Assembly: GCA_951406725.2 (NCBI GenBank)
Contig: OX597817.1
Span: 36,828,001 to 36,892,000, forward strand
Origin: Octopus vulgaris
Taxonomy: Eukaryota
Length of the DNA: 64,000 nucleotides
Direction: 5' to 3'
A program made the position numbers and the translations under genes. Under the pieces are notes generated by a model. That model had not been told where the DNA came from and searched no databases. It saw nothing but the letters and a program-made list of their open reading frames with translations. Below, piece by piece: positions 52,356-64,000 of this stretch. Within the stretch, counting starts at the first letter, position 1, and every line of letters begins with the position of its first letter.

Positions 52356-53659
52356 ATTATTTTTGTTTCTGTTGAAGTTACTTAGCGCCTTGTTAGTCCT
52401 TTGGCTAGGAGTATTCCAGCCGTGACAATCCCATTTTTATTTTTCGCACTATATTATAATACTATATACATACAGATTTTATCCTGTGGTTAAGTTTTTA
52501 GAATTTTTTGTTTTAGACCATGGTTAAGTTTTTAGAATTTGTCTCCGTTACTTCTATACGACTGAGTCTGTAAACACACACGCACACACTCTCATCAGCG
52601 GATGCTTTTGGTGAGGTAAAATCACGAATTGATTTCGATTCCCTCTTGGAACGTTTTTATTGATAGTGAATGCAATATATACATCATAGTAAACTAATTT
52701 AACCCTTGTTCTTTAGTACTAGGAATGCTCTGACGAAGCATAGCTGTAACTAAAGTAATTCCCACCTAGATCATCCTCTCTTTCGTTCGACCATGGTATG
52801 CTCAGTACCGCACCAACCTGTGCGAATTGTCCCTTTTAATAAAAACTGTAGCCGTATATTTTTTTCTTTGTTTTGAGAATATTTGGGTAGCTATTTCTTG
52901 CAGGAATAAGGGTCGAGTAGAAACCCTCTCATTTGCTCATCACATCTCAGGAGAATGACTTGAAATATCATCGCATATTGAGAGTAGAAATCGTTATCAT
53001 CATCATCATTATTGTTGTCATCGTTGCCGTCGTCGTCATCATCATCATAGTAACCTTTGACACTATCAGGTGGAGGGCATGGGTCGACTCTTTACGTAAT
53101 AATTTAAAATCCGTGTCCAAGAGGAAACTTTGACGCTCTCAATCTGCTAAGTCAATATATACCGTTCAAATCAATGGCCTGGCTCTGCGTACTTGAAACA
53201 GTCACCGGGTTTTGCACAAATCATACCCTACCATCTTAGGAAGTAAACATACGTATGCAAAACGCTCACGGCTGGAATATCTTTGAACGTAGGCCAATTC
53301 AATCAGGGCTTATCTGGAGCTAAACAAGTGCAGCAGCAGCAACTACAACAACAAATTCTGAAGTCTATACAATCTACGTGCGACGTCAACCAATATAGAA
53401 TCTTGTGCTAACGTAACAAATTATCAACTCTATAGAAATGGTAACATACTTGACAAAATGCTTTGCACTTACTAGTAGATGTATTAAACTATAAGTTCAA
53501 ACCATGCGACAATTAACTTTGGCTTTTATCCATCTGCGGACCACTGTATCACTTCTTCAGCACAATGACGTTTGTCCGTGGGATCAGAATTTGCCGAATT
53601 TTGTGTACTAGTGTCTACATTAAAAGAATGACTATCTTCATTTACAATGACCCCTATAA

Positions 53660-53712
53660 ATTCCTATCAACTTTCACTGGAGTGCGTGGCCTTGTGCCAA
53701 AATTTGAAATCA

Positions 53713-53746
<34 letters not shown>

Positions 53747-53964
53747 GCTACGAGCTGGAAGAATTGTTAGCGCGCTAGACGAAATGGTTATAAGGTATTT
53801 CACCCGTCGCGCTGTTCTGAGTTCAAATTCCGTCGAGGTCGACTTCGCCTTTGATCCTTTCGGGTTGGGGATCGATAAAATAAGAACCAGTTGAAATACT
53901 GGGCTCAATGTAATCGACTCATCCGCTCTCCCAAAATTGCTGCCCTTGTAACAAACTTTGAAAC

Positions 53965-53995
<31 letters not shown>

Positions 53996-54240
53996 GTTAT
54001 TATTATTTATTATTATTTATCATTATTATGTGACCTGGCAGAATCGTCAGTACGCCGGACGAAATGCTTCGCGGCATTTCGTCCGACTTCACCTTTCAAG
54101 TTCAAATTCCGCTGCAGTCGACATTGCTTTTCATCCTTTCGGGGTCAGTAAATTCAGAACCAGTGAAATACTGGGATCGATATAACCGACTTGTCCCCTT
54201 CCCCAAAATTTCAGTTCGTGTGCCTATAGTAGAAAAGATT
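53660..54240 (+). mobile_element. Second head-to-tail SINE family A cluster in (ATT)n
   Basis: Tail at 53685-53712, units 53750-53965 and 54030-54240. Confidence 0.8.
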
Positions 54241-54689
54241 ATTATTATTATTATTATTTATTACGTCTCAGTAAATTTGTAAAATGTTGGATGTATGTAG
54301 CGAGAACGACTCGAATGAATGGACCTATCGTAAGCATGAGTTGGCTGAAAAGTACAGAAGAAAGAAGAGGCATTTGCCATAGTAATCCTGTTGAGCAGAG
54401 TGTCTTGGGATCTGTTGGGTTCCCTGTCACAGCTAGGTGGCGTTTCTCTCGTCTTAGGAAATTTAGCTGTTATAATTATCTCGTTAATTGTTACTGATTT
54501 TATTGTTTACATGTGTTTATGTAAATCCCAACTGTCCTTTCTTTGTATCGTCCCAAATAATTTTGCAACGATTGAGCCCAATAGTAATATGATTATCGTT
54601 ATTTCAAAATATTTTGTACTTTACCTTTACGATGGAATTGAGGTGGGTTTACTCTTCGATAACAAGTCATCACCTGTAACCTCAGCCAT

Positions 54690-54835
54690 CAATGAACTTT
54701 TGAATTATTTTCGCTGTTACAGTTGCATGTAGTCTATGTGCTTCTGTAACCCAATCTTTTTGTCCATTCCATTAACTTCTTCCCTCTCGTTCCTAAGGCT
54801 CCAATGATAATAGGTACGAACTCACCTATTCTGCA
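54690..54835 (-). pseudogene. Remnant of R4/Dong-type restriction-like endonuclease C-terminus
   Basis: Minus strand reads EFVPIIIGALGTRGKKL...ATVTAKIIQKFI, resembling the PIVIGALG...GTA.I.R..L end of R4/Dong ORFs. Confidence 0.5.
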
Positions 54836-54930
54836 ACTCCAAAATCTGTCTGTCTGTCTCTCGTTCGTGATATATATCTATTGCTGCTTTCTTTTATAAT
54901 AATAATAATTATTATTATTATTATTATCAT

Positions 54931-55035
54931 CATTCAGTAGTTTTATTTTTATAGCGTGCTTTCACTTCACTACCGAGCGCAGCTCTGTGTGCCTTGGGTA
55001 TGTGCTGTGATTTGTTGTGATGATCTGATGGTTAC
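54931..55035 (-). mobile_element. Short 3'-end fragment of a Dong/R4-like element inside (TAA)n
   Basis: ~105 bp unique sequence (minus: CACATACCCAAGGCACACAGAGCTGCGCTCGGTAGTGAAGTGAAAGCACGCTATAAAAATAAAACTACTGAAT) flanked both sides by (TTA)n; family assignment is inference. Confidence 0.45.
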
Positions 55036-55085
<50 letters not shown>

Positions 55086-55502
55086 TGCTACGTTAGTTAA
55101 TAGGGATATTGTCTTGATGTTTGTTAACAAGTCACCTCAAATCTCACGAATCTGTCATAGAATTCTGGGTGACTGTGGAAAAAAAATAGATAAAATAATT
55201 CGAAGCTTTCGCCTATTGATTAGAAAGCAACAGATAGAGGAGGTTTAGTGGTTAGGGCAATTCCTAATCTGTGGGATTCCTCGATTTGCTCTAGTTCAAG
55301 GCACTTCTGTATCAAGGAGACTGATTGCCCCTCACATGTGATCACATACCTCGTATCTCATGTATGCTTTGTATCTCATATCATTCTCTTCCTCTCACAT
55401 AAAACTTCATACAAATTATAGACTGTCAGTGTAATGCCTTCTTCGTGTAATGTTCTTGTAGCAAATAAAAGAACGTTCATCATCATCATTATTACTATTA
55501 TT

Positions 55503-55680
55503 AAGGCGGCGAGCTGGCAGAATAGTTGTTGTGCAGGACGTAATACTTAGCGGCATTTCAGTTCTGAGTTCAAATTCGCCGAGGTCGACATTGCTATTAT
55601 CCTTGCGGGAATCGATTAAAATAAGTACCAGTTGAGCACGGGGAACAGCATTATCGATTAACTCCCTCCTCAAAACTTCA
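55503..55680 (+). mobile_element. SINE family A copy
   Basis: AAGGCGGCGAGCTGGCAGAAT head, GTTCTGAGTTCAAATTCGCCGAGGTCGAC. Confidence 0.75.
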
Positions 55681-56089
55681 ACTGCATTACCGTATACCTC
55701 GGCTGAAAGCAGTCGTTTCGGTTTTATTGTTTCTATTTTACTGAAAGTTCTTTACGTAAATATATATGTGGAGCCAAGTAGATCTGGAGGTCAAATTTCT
55801 ACTATTTAAAACTTAATAATTAACAAGGATCCTATATTAAAGGGATTGTTTGTTTTCAGTTCTCACATTCCTATTATTTCTATTTCCATATTTTCACATT
55901 TCAATAATTACTTCATTATCATTTGTTTGTATTGATAAGGAAACACTTGTGTTGCTGGTAGCTCTTGACAACAGTATCAGACAAATTAGCTATGATCTTC
56001 CTTGTGTTTGTATTGGCATTTCCAAGGATGGTCGTTTCGCCAGTCTCTGAATCCTTTACTTATGCTTATATCCCCTCTTCTGTGGTGGT

Positions 56090-56513
56090 ACTCTTTTACT
56101 TGTTTCAGTCATTTGACTGTGGCCATGCTGGAACACCGCCTTGAGTCGAGCAAATCGACCCCAGGACTTATTCTTTGTAAGCCTAGTACTTATTTTATCG
56201 GTCCCTTTTACCGAGCCGCTAAGTTACGGGAATGTAAACACACCAGCATCGACTGTCAAGCGATGTTGGGGGCACAAACAGACACACAAACATATACACG
56301 CACATACATATATATATAACGGGAAAGTTGACGAAAATAAACAAAAGACGAAATACGACGAGCTTCTTTCGGTTTCCATCTACCAAATCCACTCACAAGG
56401 CATTGGTCGGCCCGAGGCTATAGTAGAAGACACTTGCCCAAGGTGCCACTCAATGGGACTGAACCCGGAACCATGTGGTTGGTAAGCAAGCTACTTACCA
56501 CACAGCCACTCCT
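56090..56513 (-). mobile_element. SINE family B copy carrying a PLE-terminus insert
   Basis: Full reverse complement of family B; extra 56318-56352 in its internal TA tract. Confidence 0.85.
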
Positions 56514-57092
56514 TGACGTCGCTTCCAGTGTATGTTAGTCCCAATTCGGTTATATCATTAAATGTATTGTTTCATAAGTAAAACTGGGCAGCTAAGAGAC
56601 AATATATTTCTTTCTTTCCTATCTCCACATTTCGCAGTTACTTATGATCTATATTGAGAGAGAGAATATCCATGAAAATTCTTTGCCGTATTTGCTTCAG
56701 CTCTTCATTTTCTGAGTTCAAATATCTTTCATTCCTTCTGTATTGATAAATTGTAATATTCAAATACAGGAGTCGAGAAAAGGAGCTAGATTAACTATTT
56801 CCCTTTCTGAAAATGACTCTCCTCATGTCTTTTTACCTTACATTCTTTCGTGGTCGATAGAATAAACTAGCCGTCAAGGTTTGGGGTCGATGATATCGGG
56901 TGATTCTTTTGACTCAAAATTACTGGCCTTGTCCCCATATTAGAAGCTACAATTAGTAATAGTAGTAGTAGTAGTAGTATAGTAGAAGTGGTGGCCGTGG
57001 TGATAATAGTTTACCAGAAGCAATAGAGCACTGAACAAATTCTTTGCGATCTTTGCTCAAACTCTTCGTGGTCGATAAAATTATTCACCAAT

Positions 57093-57490
57093 CGTAGGAG
57101 TGGCTGTGTGGTAAGTAGCTTGCTTACGAACCACATGGTTCCAGGTTCAGTCCGACTGCGTGGCACCTTGGGCAACTGTCTACTACTATAGCCTCGGGCC
57201 GACCAAAGCATTGTGAGTGGATTTGGTAGACGGAAATTGAAAGAAGCCCGTCGTATATATGTTTATATATATATGTGTGTGTGTGTTTGTGTGTCTGTGT
57301 TTGTTCCCCCAACATCGCTTGACAACCGACGCTGGTGTGTTTACGTCCCCGTAACTTAGCAGTTCGGCAAAAGAGACCAATAGAATAAGTACAAAGGCTT
57401 ACAAAGAATAAGTCCTGGGGTCGATTTGCTTGACTAAAGCCGGTGCTCCACTATGGCCTCAGTCACATGACTGAAACAAGTAAAAGAGTA
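57093..57490 (+). mobile_element. SINE family B copy
   Basis: GTAGGAGTGGCTGTGTGGTAAGTAGC head to CAGTCACATGACTGAAACAAGTAAAAGAG tail. Confidence 0.88.
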
Positions 57491-59684
57491 ATCAAGTTTT
57501 GGGGTCAGTGTAATCTATTAACTCACCTCCTCCTAAAATTGATGGCCCTCTACCAAAATTTTAATTTACTATTAGTAGTAGTGGTTTTAGTGGTGGTTGC
57601 GGTGACGGTGGTTTAGTAGAACAGTGAACTAATACTTTGTGGTATTTACTTGTACTTCTTTACTGATTTTGTATTCCGAGAAGATCATTTTACTTTTCTT
57701 TTCAATCCACCATAGTCGAGAAAATAAAAGTACCCCTGAACTACTTAAGCCGATACAATCTACCTTGACTCTCCCTCCACGTGTGTAATCCTGTACATGC
57801 ATTAGAAGCTATCAGGATCATTGAGTTTCAAACAGTGATAGAAGGCAGAAACGTTACAATACCTGGTGGTATACATGCATGTCTCTTCTATCGTGATAGA
57901 CTTTCTATTTCAGTTAAATAGAATATCTAATCTAGCATTGTGAGATTAGATTGACTGCATCTGTCTCCCAAAAGTTATTCGACCTTGTGACCACGTTACA
58001 AACAATATCGATTACTATTATGTAAGAGGTATTGTTGTTGATAGTTTTATTATGCCGGTTTCATTTTAATTTTTATGTTCGAAAAAGAGGTGGTAACATC
58101 TGGACAAACTTTTTATTAACACTATAATTTCAGAGAAATGCCCGAATGGTGAAGACGTTTGCTGCACAATCATGGGACGCCAGGTTCGATTTCACAGTCC
58201 AGCATCTTCAAAAATTTTCTTTTACTATGTTTGATAGGTTGAACTTCTGGACTAACTTTCTTTCACTTTCAGTGATATTGTATTACATAGATACAATATT
58301 TGTTCATCTTCCAATCAAATACATTCAGCGTTCGATCTCACCGCTCGGCATACACATGTTTCAAGTGTCTTTTACTATGACATCAGAGTCTTGATCAAGC
58401 AATGTGAGTGAATTTGGAATTGAGTGGACAGAAATTTTAAAGAAACCCATCGGAATAGACTGTAGCAGTAATTTAAACGGCCGTTCTCTCTCTGTTGTTT
58501 GGATTCTTCTCGGGGGATTAATGTATAATGTTTCTTAGGAATACTCAGCAACTGAAGCGCTGATTCAGTAAGTCAATTGTTCAGTTGATGAACAATTGGA
58601 ATAAACATCGTCGACTTCGACGATGAACAACAAGAGTAATGAAAGGCACTCGTTCCTTAGCAAAGGGATCGAACAAGATTGCATAGAGAACTTCTTCACC
58701 ATTTGATCATGTCTGCCAAATACAGCGTCAACATGGTCGTAATATATTTTTTCCCAGAAGTTAGATTTTCATACATAGTAAAAGAAAAAAAGAAGTCACT
58801 TGTGGAAGATGCCGAGAATATGGTATCACAATATGGCGTCACAATATTGCGAAATGTACTTCGCAATTCAATTATATAAACGCAATATAGTGTCAATAAT
58901 GTTTGTTCAGATGTTACCATCTGTTTATCGAACACCAGTGATAAATTGAACATAAGAACAAAATAAGGTAAAAAAAATAGTAACAATGATTCTGATGTAA
59001 CCATGGATTATGTTATTTCTAGTGTGGGCACAAAGCCAAAATACATAGTGTATTGGGGAATTTGTATAATCAATATAAAGTTACAAGATAGGGACTTCAA
59101 ATTTTTTTGTCTTTATAAAATGAAAGGTAAACTAAGCTACAGCAACATTTGAATTCCACGTGTAAAGGAACATACTTGAATTAGGGGCCTCCATCAGTCA
59201 CGGTTGTACATGTATTTTCGCTTGTAGGTGCTGGCATGGATAAGATTTTTACTAAGAAAGATAGGAGGTCGCTGCTCCTTCATGTAAATCTCTCCTCCCT
59301 GAGTTACTCATGTTCCTCTAATAGAAAGGCTGTCGACTTGGGCCGATGTCGCTTGGCATTGATGTTGCTGTAGGCGCTGGTGTCACAATGTAACACAAAG
59401 AATTGGAATGATACATTTGACGGACTTCACTTGTCCAAAGCGCCACGCTGTGGGACTGAACCCGAAACCACGTGATTCCAAAACGAGCATTCTAATATGG
59501 AATCATTCCTGCGCCAACATAATTTTCCATAATTTTAAGAATTTGTTTTTGTTTAACCTTTCTACCCCGAAAAGTTGATAAGCAATGTTCTTGTTTTATT
59601 TATATCATTCACATGTGCAAACTGGAACTAAGTCGAAGCTCATCGACTGGATTGCACTCGTAATTTAAAACACCAGCCATGTCA

Positions 59685-59764
59685 CGCGCTGTGTGCACTG
59701 TCATAGTGAAGCCATTTTACTTCATTAAGTGAAATGGCTTCACTAAGATAGTGGACACAGCGCG
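59685..59764. repeat. 80-bp hairpin (small MITE-like palindrome)
   Basis: CGCGCTGTGTGCACTGTCATAGTGAAGCCATTTTACTT-CATT-AAGTGAAATGGCTTCACTAAGATAGTGGACACAGCGCG; related half at ~60905-60940. Confidence 0.7.
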
Positions 59765-59980
59765 GTCTGCATTAAGCATATACGTGCTTATATAAGTAAT
59801 ATTCCATCACTCTTTCATTCAGTAACTAGTGGTTCAGATGACGAAACAAATGGAATTCTCATCCTCTTAACCGACGGAGGACTACACGTAGAAGCTATCT
59901 GGATTTAACTTGCTTGTTTCATTCTCCTAAGTTGGCAAATCCTTTTCAGATCTTTTTAACTCAGAACTCTTGGTAAGTTT

Positions 59981-60021
<41 letters not shown>

Positions 60022-60062
60022 TTACTGCTACAGTCTATTCCGATATATATATTGTGTGTGTG

Positions 60063-60440
60063 TGGAGGAGCAATGACCCAGTGGTTGGGGCAGCGGACTC
60101 GCAGACTGAGAGTCGCAGTTTCGGTTCCCAGATCGGGCGTTGTGTATTATTTTTTTTGTTTTTGAGCAAAAACACCTAAAGGGTCCACGAGTCTCTGGCA
60201 GGGGGTGGTGGTGAACCCTGCTGTACTCTTTCACCACAGCTTTCCCTCATTCTTTCTTCCTGTTTCTGTTGTACCTGTATTTCGAAGGGCCAGCCTTGTC
60301 ACGCTGAATCTCCCCGAGAACTACGTTAAGGGTTCACGTGTCTGTGAAGTGCTCAGCCACTTGCACGTTAATTTCACGAGCAGGCTCTTCCGTTGATCGG
60401 ATCAACTGGAACACTCGTCGTCGTAACCGACGGAGTGCCA
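60063..60440 (+). mobile_element. SINE family C copy
   Basis: GGAGGAGCAATGACCCAGTGGTTGGGGCAGCGGACTCGC head, same body and tail as 24066-24451; sits between TG/TA repeats. Confidence 0.85.
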
Positions 60441-60441
60441 C

Positions 60442-60485
<44 letters not shown>

Positions 60486-61297
60486 TCAGACATGTACCAA
60501 AGAACCTAGCGTGGGCCTGCGTCGGCAAGATTTGTATCATTTATCAAATTAATAATTAAAAAAATAAACACTATGAACCTGCCGTAGTTAGGCGTAAAAG
60601 AACCAAGTGGGGTGGATTTTCCACCTAACCACAGCAGTAACAACCAGATTTTCTAAATTAGATGTCTTCCATTAATCTCTCTCTTGTCAGGATCTGCCTG
60701 AAGCATTGGATTTTCCTCTACCCTTGGAAAGTTTAGTATAGTTGACAGTATACAGGGTGTTGCTATAAAACCCTTGGAAATATTTCGAGATCTGGAAACT
60801 TTGACGAGGATGGTACCCCGCGAAAAGAATGTGACTTTTAGACGTATTCATATATATATGAGGAAATGAAGTAGTGAGACGTTCATTTAATACTTAAATA
60901 ACTAAATGAAGTAAAATGGCTTTAATAAGATAGTGGACAAGTTCTGCAGTGAACTTACAACTCTTTTCAACAACACTCGGTTTCACCTGTGATTTATGTT
61001 TGTTTTTCAAGATATCAGTAATTCGATAGTCTCTCTCATTTTCTCTTAATTTTCTTTGCTAAATAGGAAAAGGATAATTCGTCTACTCTCTCAGGCATTC
61101 CTTGTAACTATTCGCTTATTCGCATATGTGTGTCTGCGTGTGAAAGAGCGGGGAGTGAGGGAAACTATTTCTGAATCTCTGAGCATGTTTGTGAAGCTAT
61201 TTCTAGCCTTGCTCTAAAAACTATTATGGAGTTTAAACTATTAGAGCAAGACGAGGAATACGTTCTAATATAACGGTAATTAATTATATATATAAAG

Positions 61298-61332
<35 letters not shown>

Positions 61333-61474
61333 ACTAGTATTGACAGTGACTCCGAATTTTGGTTTGTTAAGCCATCATCGAACTCAATACTAAAAGTATT
61401 GAGTAATCTTTCAACTTAATGTAAAATTATTGTTATAATAACATTTAAACAAATTTTAATAAACGTGTGTGCGC

Positions 61475-61770
61475 GCGCATGGCTTAGTGGTTAGAGCGTT
61501 GCACTCAAGATCGCGAGATTGTGGTTTCCATTCCTGGAACGGGGCTGTGCTTTGTGTTCTTGAGCAAGATAATTAACATTGCTCTGTGATCACTTCTACA
61601 ACTGACGTGTTACAGACGGTGCACCTCTCCAGGCAAAGTCCATTTGACAAAGGAAATGAGGTTAATTAAAAACACGTATTTGATCACTATAAGCAAATCA
61701 TTTGTGCAAGTTGCTCAGCACGATATTAATGACAGAACTGTCTTTCTCGAACAATGGCAAACTACCATCA
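61475..61770 (+). mobile_element. SINE family D head with a different tail
   Basis: GCGCATGGCTTAGTGGTTAGAGCGTTGCACTCAAGATCG, GTGTTCTTGAGCAAGA core; downstream sequence unlike 15400-15613. Confidence 0.65.
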
Positions 61771-62752
61771 CGTGTGTGTACGTGCGTGCGTGCGTGTGTG
61801 TCTGTGTGGGCTTACACAGATAGTGTCCTAAATTTATATAGGGGCATTCAAGATGTGTTTTAAATTATGCCGACGAATATGCTGATGTGTGTCAACATGT
61901 CTATTTATATAAATGATTACGCACGTACTAATTTACTTTCTTTGATGGTAGTTTCATCTTTGTTAGTGATCGTTGTTGTTCGTGCTTGTGTAAGTTGTTG
62001 TAGTGGGTGGAGGTGTTTATCCTAAAATATCTTTAACAAACTTAAATCAATGTGTTTCAGCCATGGCTATCCCATATTAGTTCTAGGTAAAGTATGCCCT
62101 AGACTACATTATCCAATATTAGGAGTGACATAGACTACTTTTGTTTTACATATATAATAAGGTCTCAAGAATTCAATAGAGGAAAGAATTTTGTTAATCT
62201 GAAATTACTAATACAATTACTAGACAAAATCTCCCTCCTGTGTGCCTTTAAAATCTGAAACCCGCAAACAAGGTAGCAAATTTCAATAAGATAAGTTCGT
62301 CGAAGATTTTTGGAGCATATACACAAAGCAGATTGGACTTGATCTTATCTTTAAAACTGCTGATAGCAATTGACATGATTCTTAGTGAAGCATATTTTAC
62401 TCAATTGGCACGGCAAGTGCGATCAGTATATGCATTCACACATTCACGTGCACGAACGCACACACACACACACACACTCACGTGCACATACACGCACACA
62501 CACACTCACGTGCACATACATGCACACATACAAACACGTGTCAACTGAAGTCCAAGATAGCATGTGTATCGATGAGTAAAAATATTGCATTGTTATGGTT
62601 AATATTATACATACATTTATCCTCTCTCTCTGCCAATAAATCGCGTTGCTTAGCGCAAAGTCTGCTATGTGAATCTAAATGTTTATTAAACTTACATAAA
62701 TACACGAATCTACTGTGTAGAGGATGCATATGTTTACGACCGCACGTGTGAG

Positions 62753-62806
<54 letters not shown>

Positions 62807-63554
62807 TACATATCCAAAAAATGAAGCAAAAACACAACAGAACACAGTAAAACATCCGGACAGACAGATGATGCGAAGATGGACAGGAACGAAAGCAAGG
62901 ACTGGTCATTCGCAAGCTCTTCTCTTCAGTCAAGTTACCAAATTATCCTTACAGTTTCGGGAAGTTACACTTCAGACTGCCCCCAAAAAAATCTAAGCTA
63001 AGAGCATTAAATTTTTTTAGGAGAAAGCAAGCGAATATATACAACAAAGACAAAAACAGAGAACATCTTACTCAATTACAAATACAAACGAGAAAATAAC
63101 AAGTGTCTTTCGACTAATAAAGACGAATCGAGTTGAGCTGGCGTGTATAGAGTGAAAGCCTTGAGGCAAGAACATTAGAGATAAAAGTCAAGAGATAGGA
63201 ATATCAGAGATGCTTCGCGGCTGGCGGTCAAGCCAAGAAAGCAAGATTATGCCTGACCGAACACAGATCATGTAGAAGGAAAAAATGGAGGTAGGGGCAG
63301 AGGGATTGAAGGATTAGGAGAGGAATAAGAAAGAGAGGAAATAATAGAGAAAGGTACAAGAGAGACAAACGAGGAGGGAAGTTAGGAATTAAAGAAAGAG
63401 AAAGTCAAGAAATGTGAGAGAGAATGAACGAGAAAAAGAAAAGAGGAAAGAAAGAAGAAAGTATAAGGGGAATTAAAAGAAAGAGTAAAAGAGTCGTACA
63501 AAATATAGATACATACTTGCAAGATGAGCAAAAGTGTACGTACGCCACTATATG

Positions 63555-63622
63555 TATTGGGTTGTCCGGGAAGTTCATGCCGATTTTTGAAGGAAAGAAA
63601 AGGTCAATAAATACTTGCCAAT
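63555..63622. mobile_element. Mariner-like TIR remnant
   Basis: TA|TTGGGTTGTCCGGGAAGTTCATGCCGATTTTT resembles mariner TIRs (cf. 31295); immediately followed by a SINE B insertion. Confidence 0.45.
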
Positions 63623-63625
63623 ATA

Positions 63626-64000
63626 GGCGCAGGAGTGGCTGTGTGGTAAGTAGCTTGTTTACCAATCACATGGTCCCGGGTTCAGTCCCACTGCGTGGCA
63701 CCTTGGGCAAGTGTCTTCTGCTATAGCCTCGGGCCGACCAAAGCCTTGTGAGTGGATTTGGTAGACGGAAACTTAAAGAAGCTCGTCGCGTATATATGTA
63801 TGTATATATTTATATATGCGTGTGTGTGTTTGTGTGTCTGTGTTTGTCCCCCTAGCATTGCTTGACAACCGATGCTGGTGTGTTTATGTCTCCGTTACTT
63901 AGCGGTTCGGCAAAAGAGACCGAAAGAATAAGTACTGGGCTTACAAAAGAACAAGTCCAAGGGTCGAGCTGCTCGATTAAAGGCGGTGCTCCAGCATGGC
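63626..64000 (+). mobile_element. SINE family B copy (runs off window end)
   Basis: GGCGCAGGAGTGGCTGTGTGGTAAGTAGC, B-box-like GGGTTCAGTCCC, CORE-like CACCTTGGGCAAGTGTCTT, internal TA/TG tract, tail GGCGGTGCTCCAGCATGGC. Confidence 0.88.

Overview
AT-rich, microsatellite-laden eukaryotic (animal) DNA; the repeat complement (several tRNA-headed SINE families, CR1-like LINEs, Penelope-like and Dong/R4-like retroelements, long (TA)n/(TATG)n tracts) is what I associate with a coleoid cephalopod, probably Octopus (inference from pattern recognition, not a database hit). I find no credible host protein-coding exon. All long IY/YI/MYV-rich ORFs in the track are translations of microsatellites. Real coding content: two 5'-truncated but nearly intact CR1-group LINE ORF2s (8671-11110 +, 40911-43840 -), a Neptune-type Penelope-like element (RT + GIY-YIG, 11557-14780 +) with a minimal hammerhead-like motif near its 3' end, a frameshifted gag/ORF1-only element with a CCHC knuckle (6643-8207 -), and small Tc1/mariner and R4/Dong remnants. 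Most notable: (i) a nest of unrelated retroelements embedded in (TA)n arrays, with arrays of near-equal length on both sides of each LINE; (ii) a two-hairpin 3' RNA module with compensatory changes shared by both LINEs, a SINE family and tiny truncated inserts; (iii) an RT-less ORF1-only element whose 3' tail resembles that of another SINE family; (iv) modular head/tail swapping among SINEs. A possible promoter/non-coding first exon lies near 48.1-49.6 kb.
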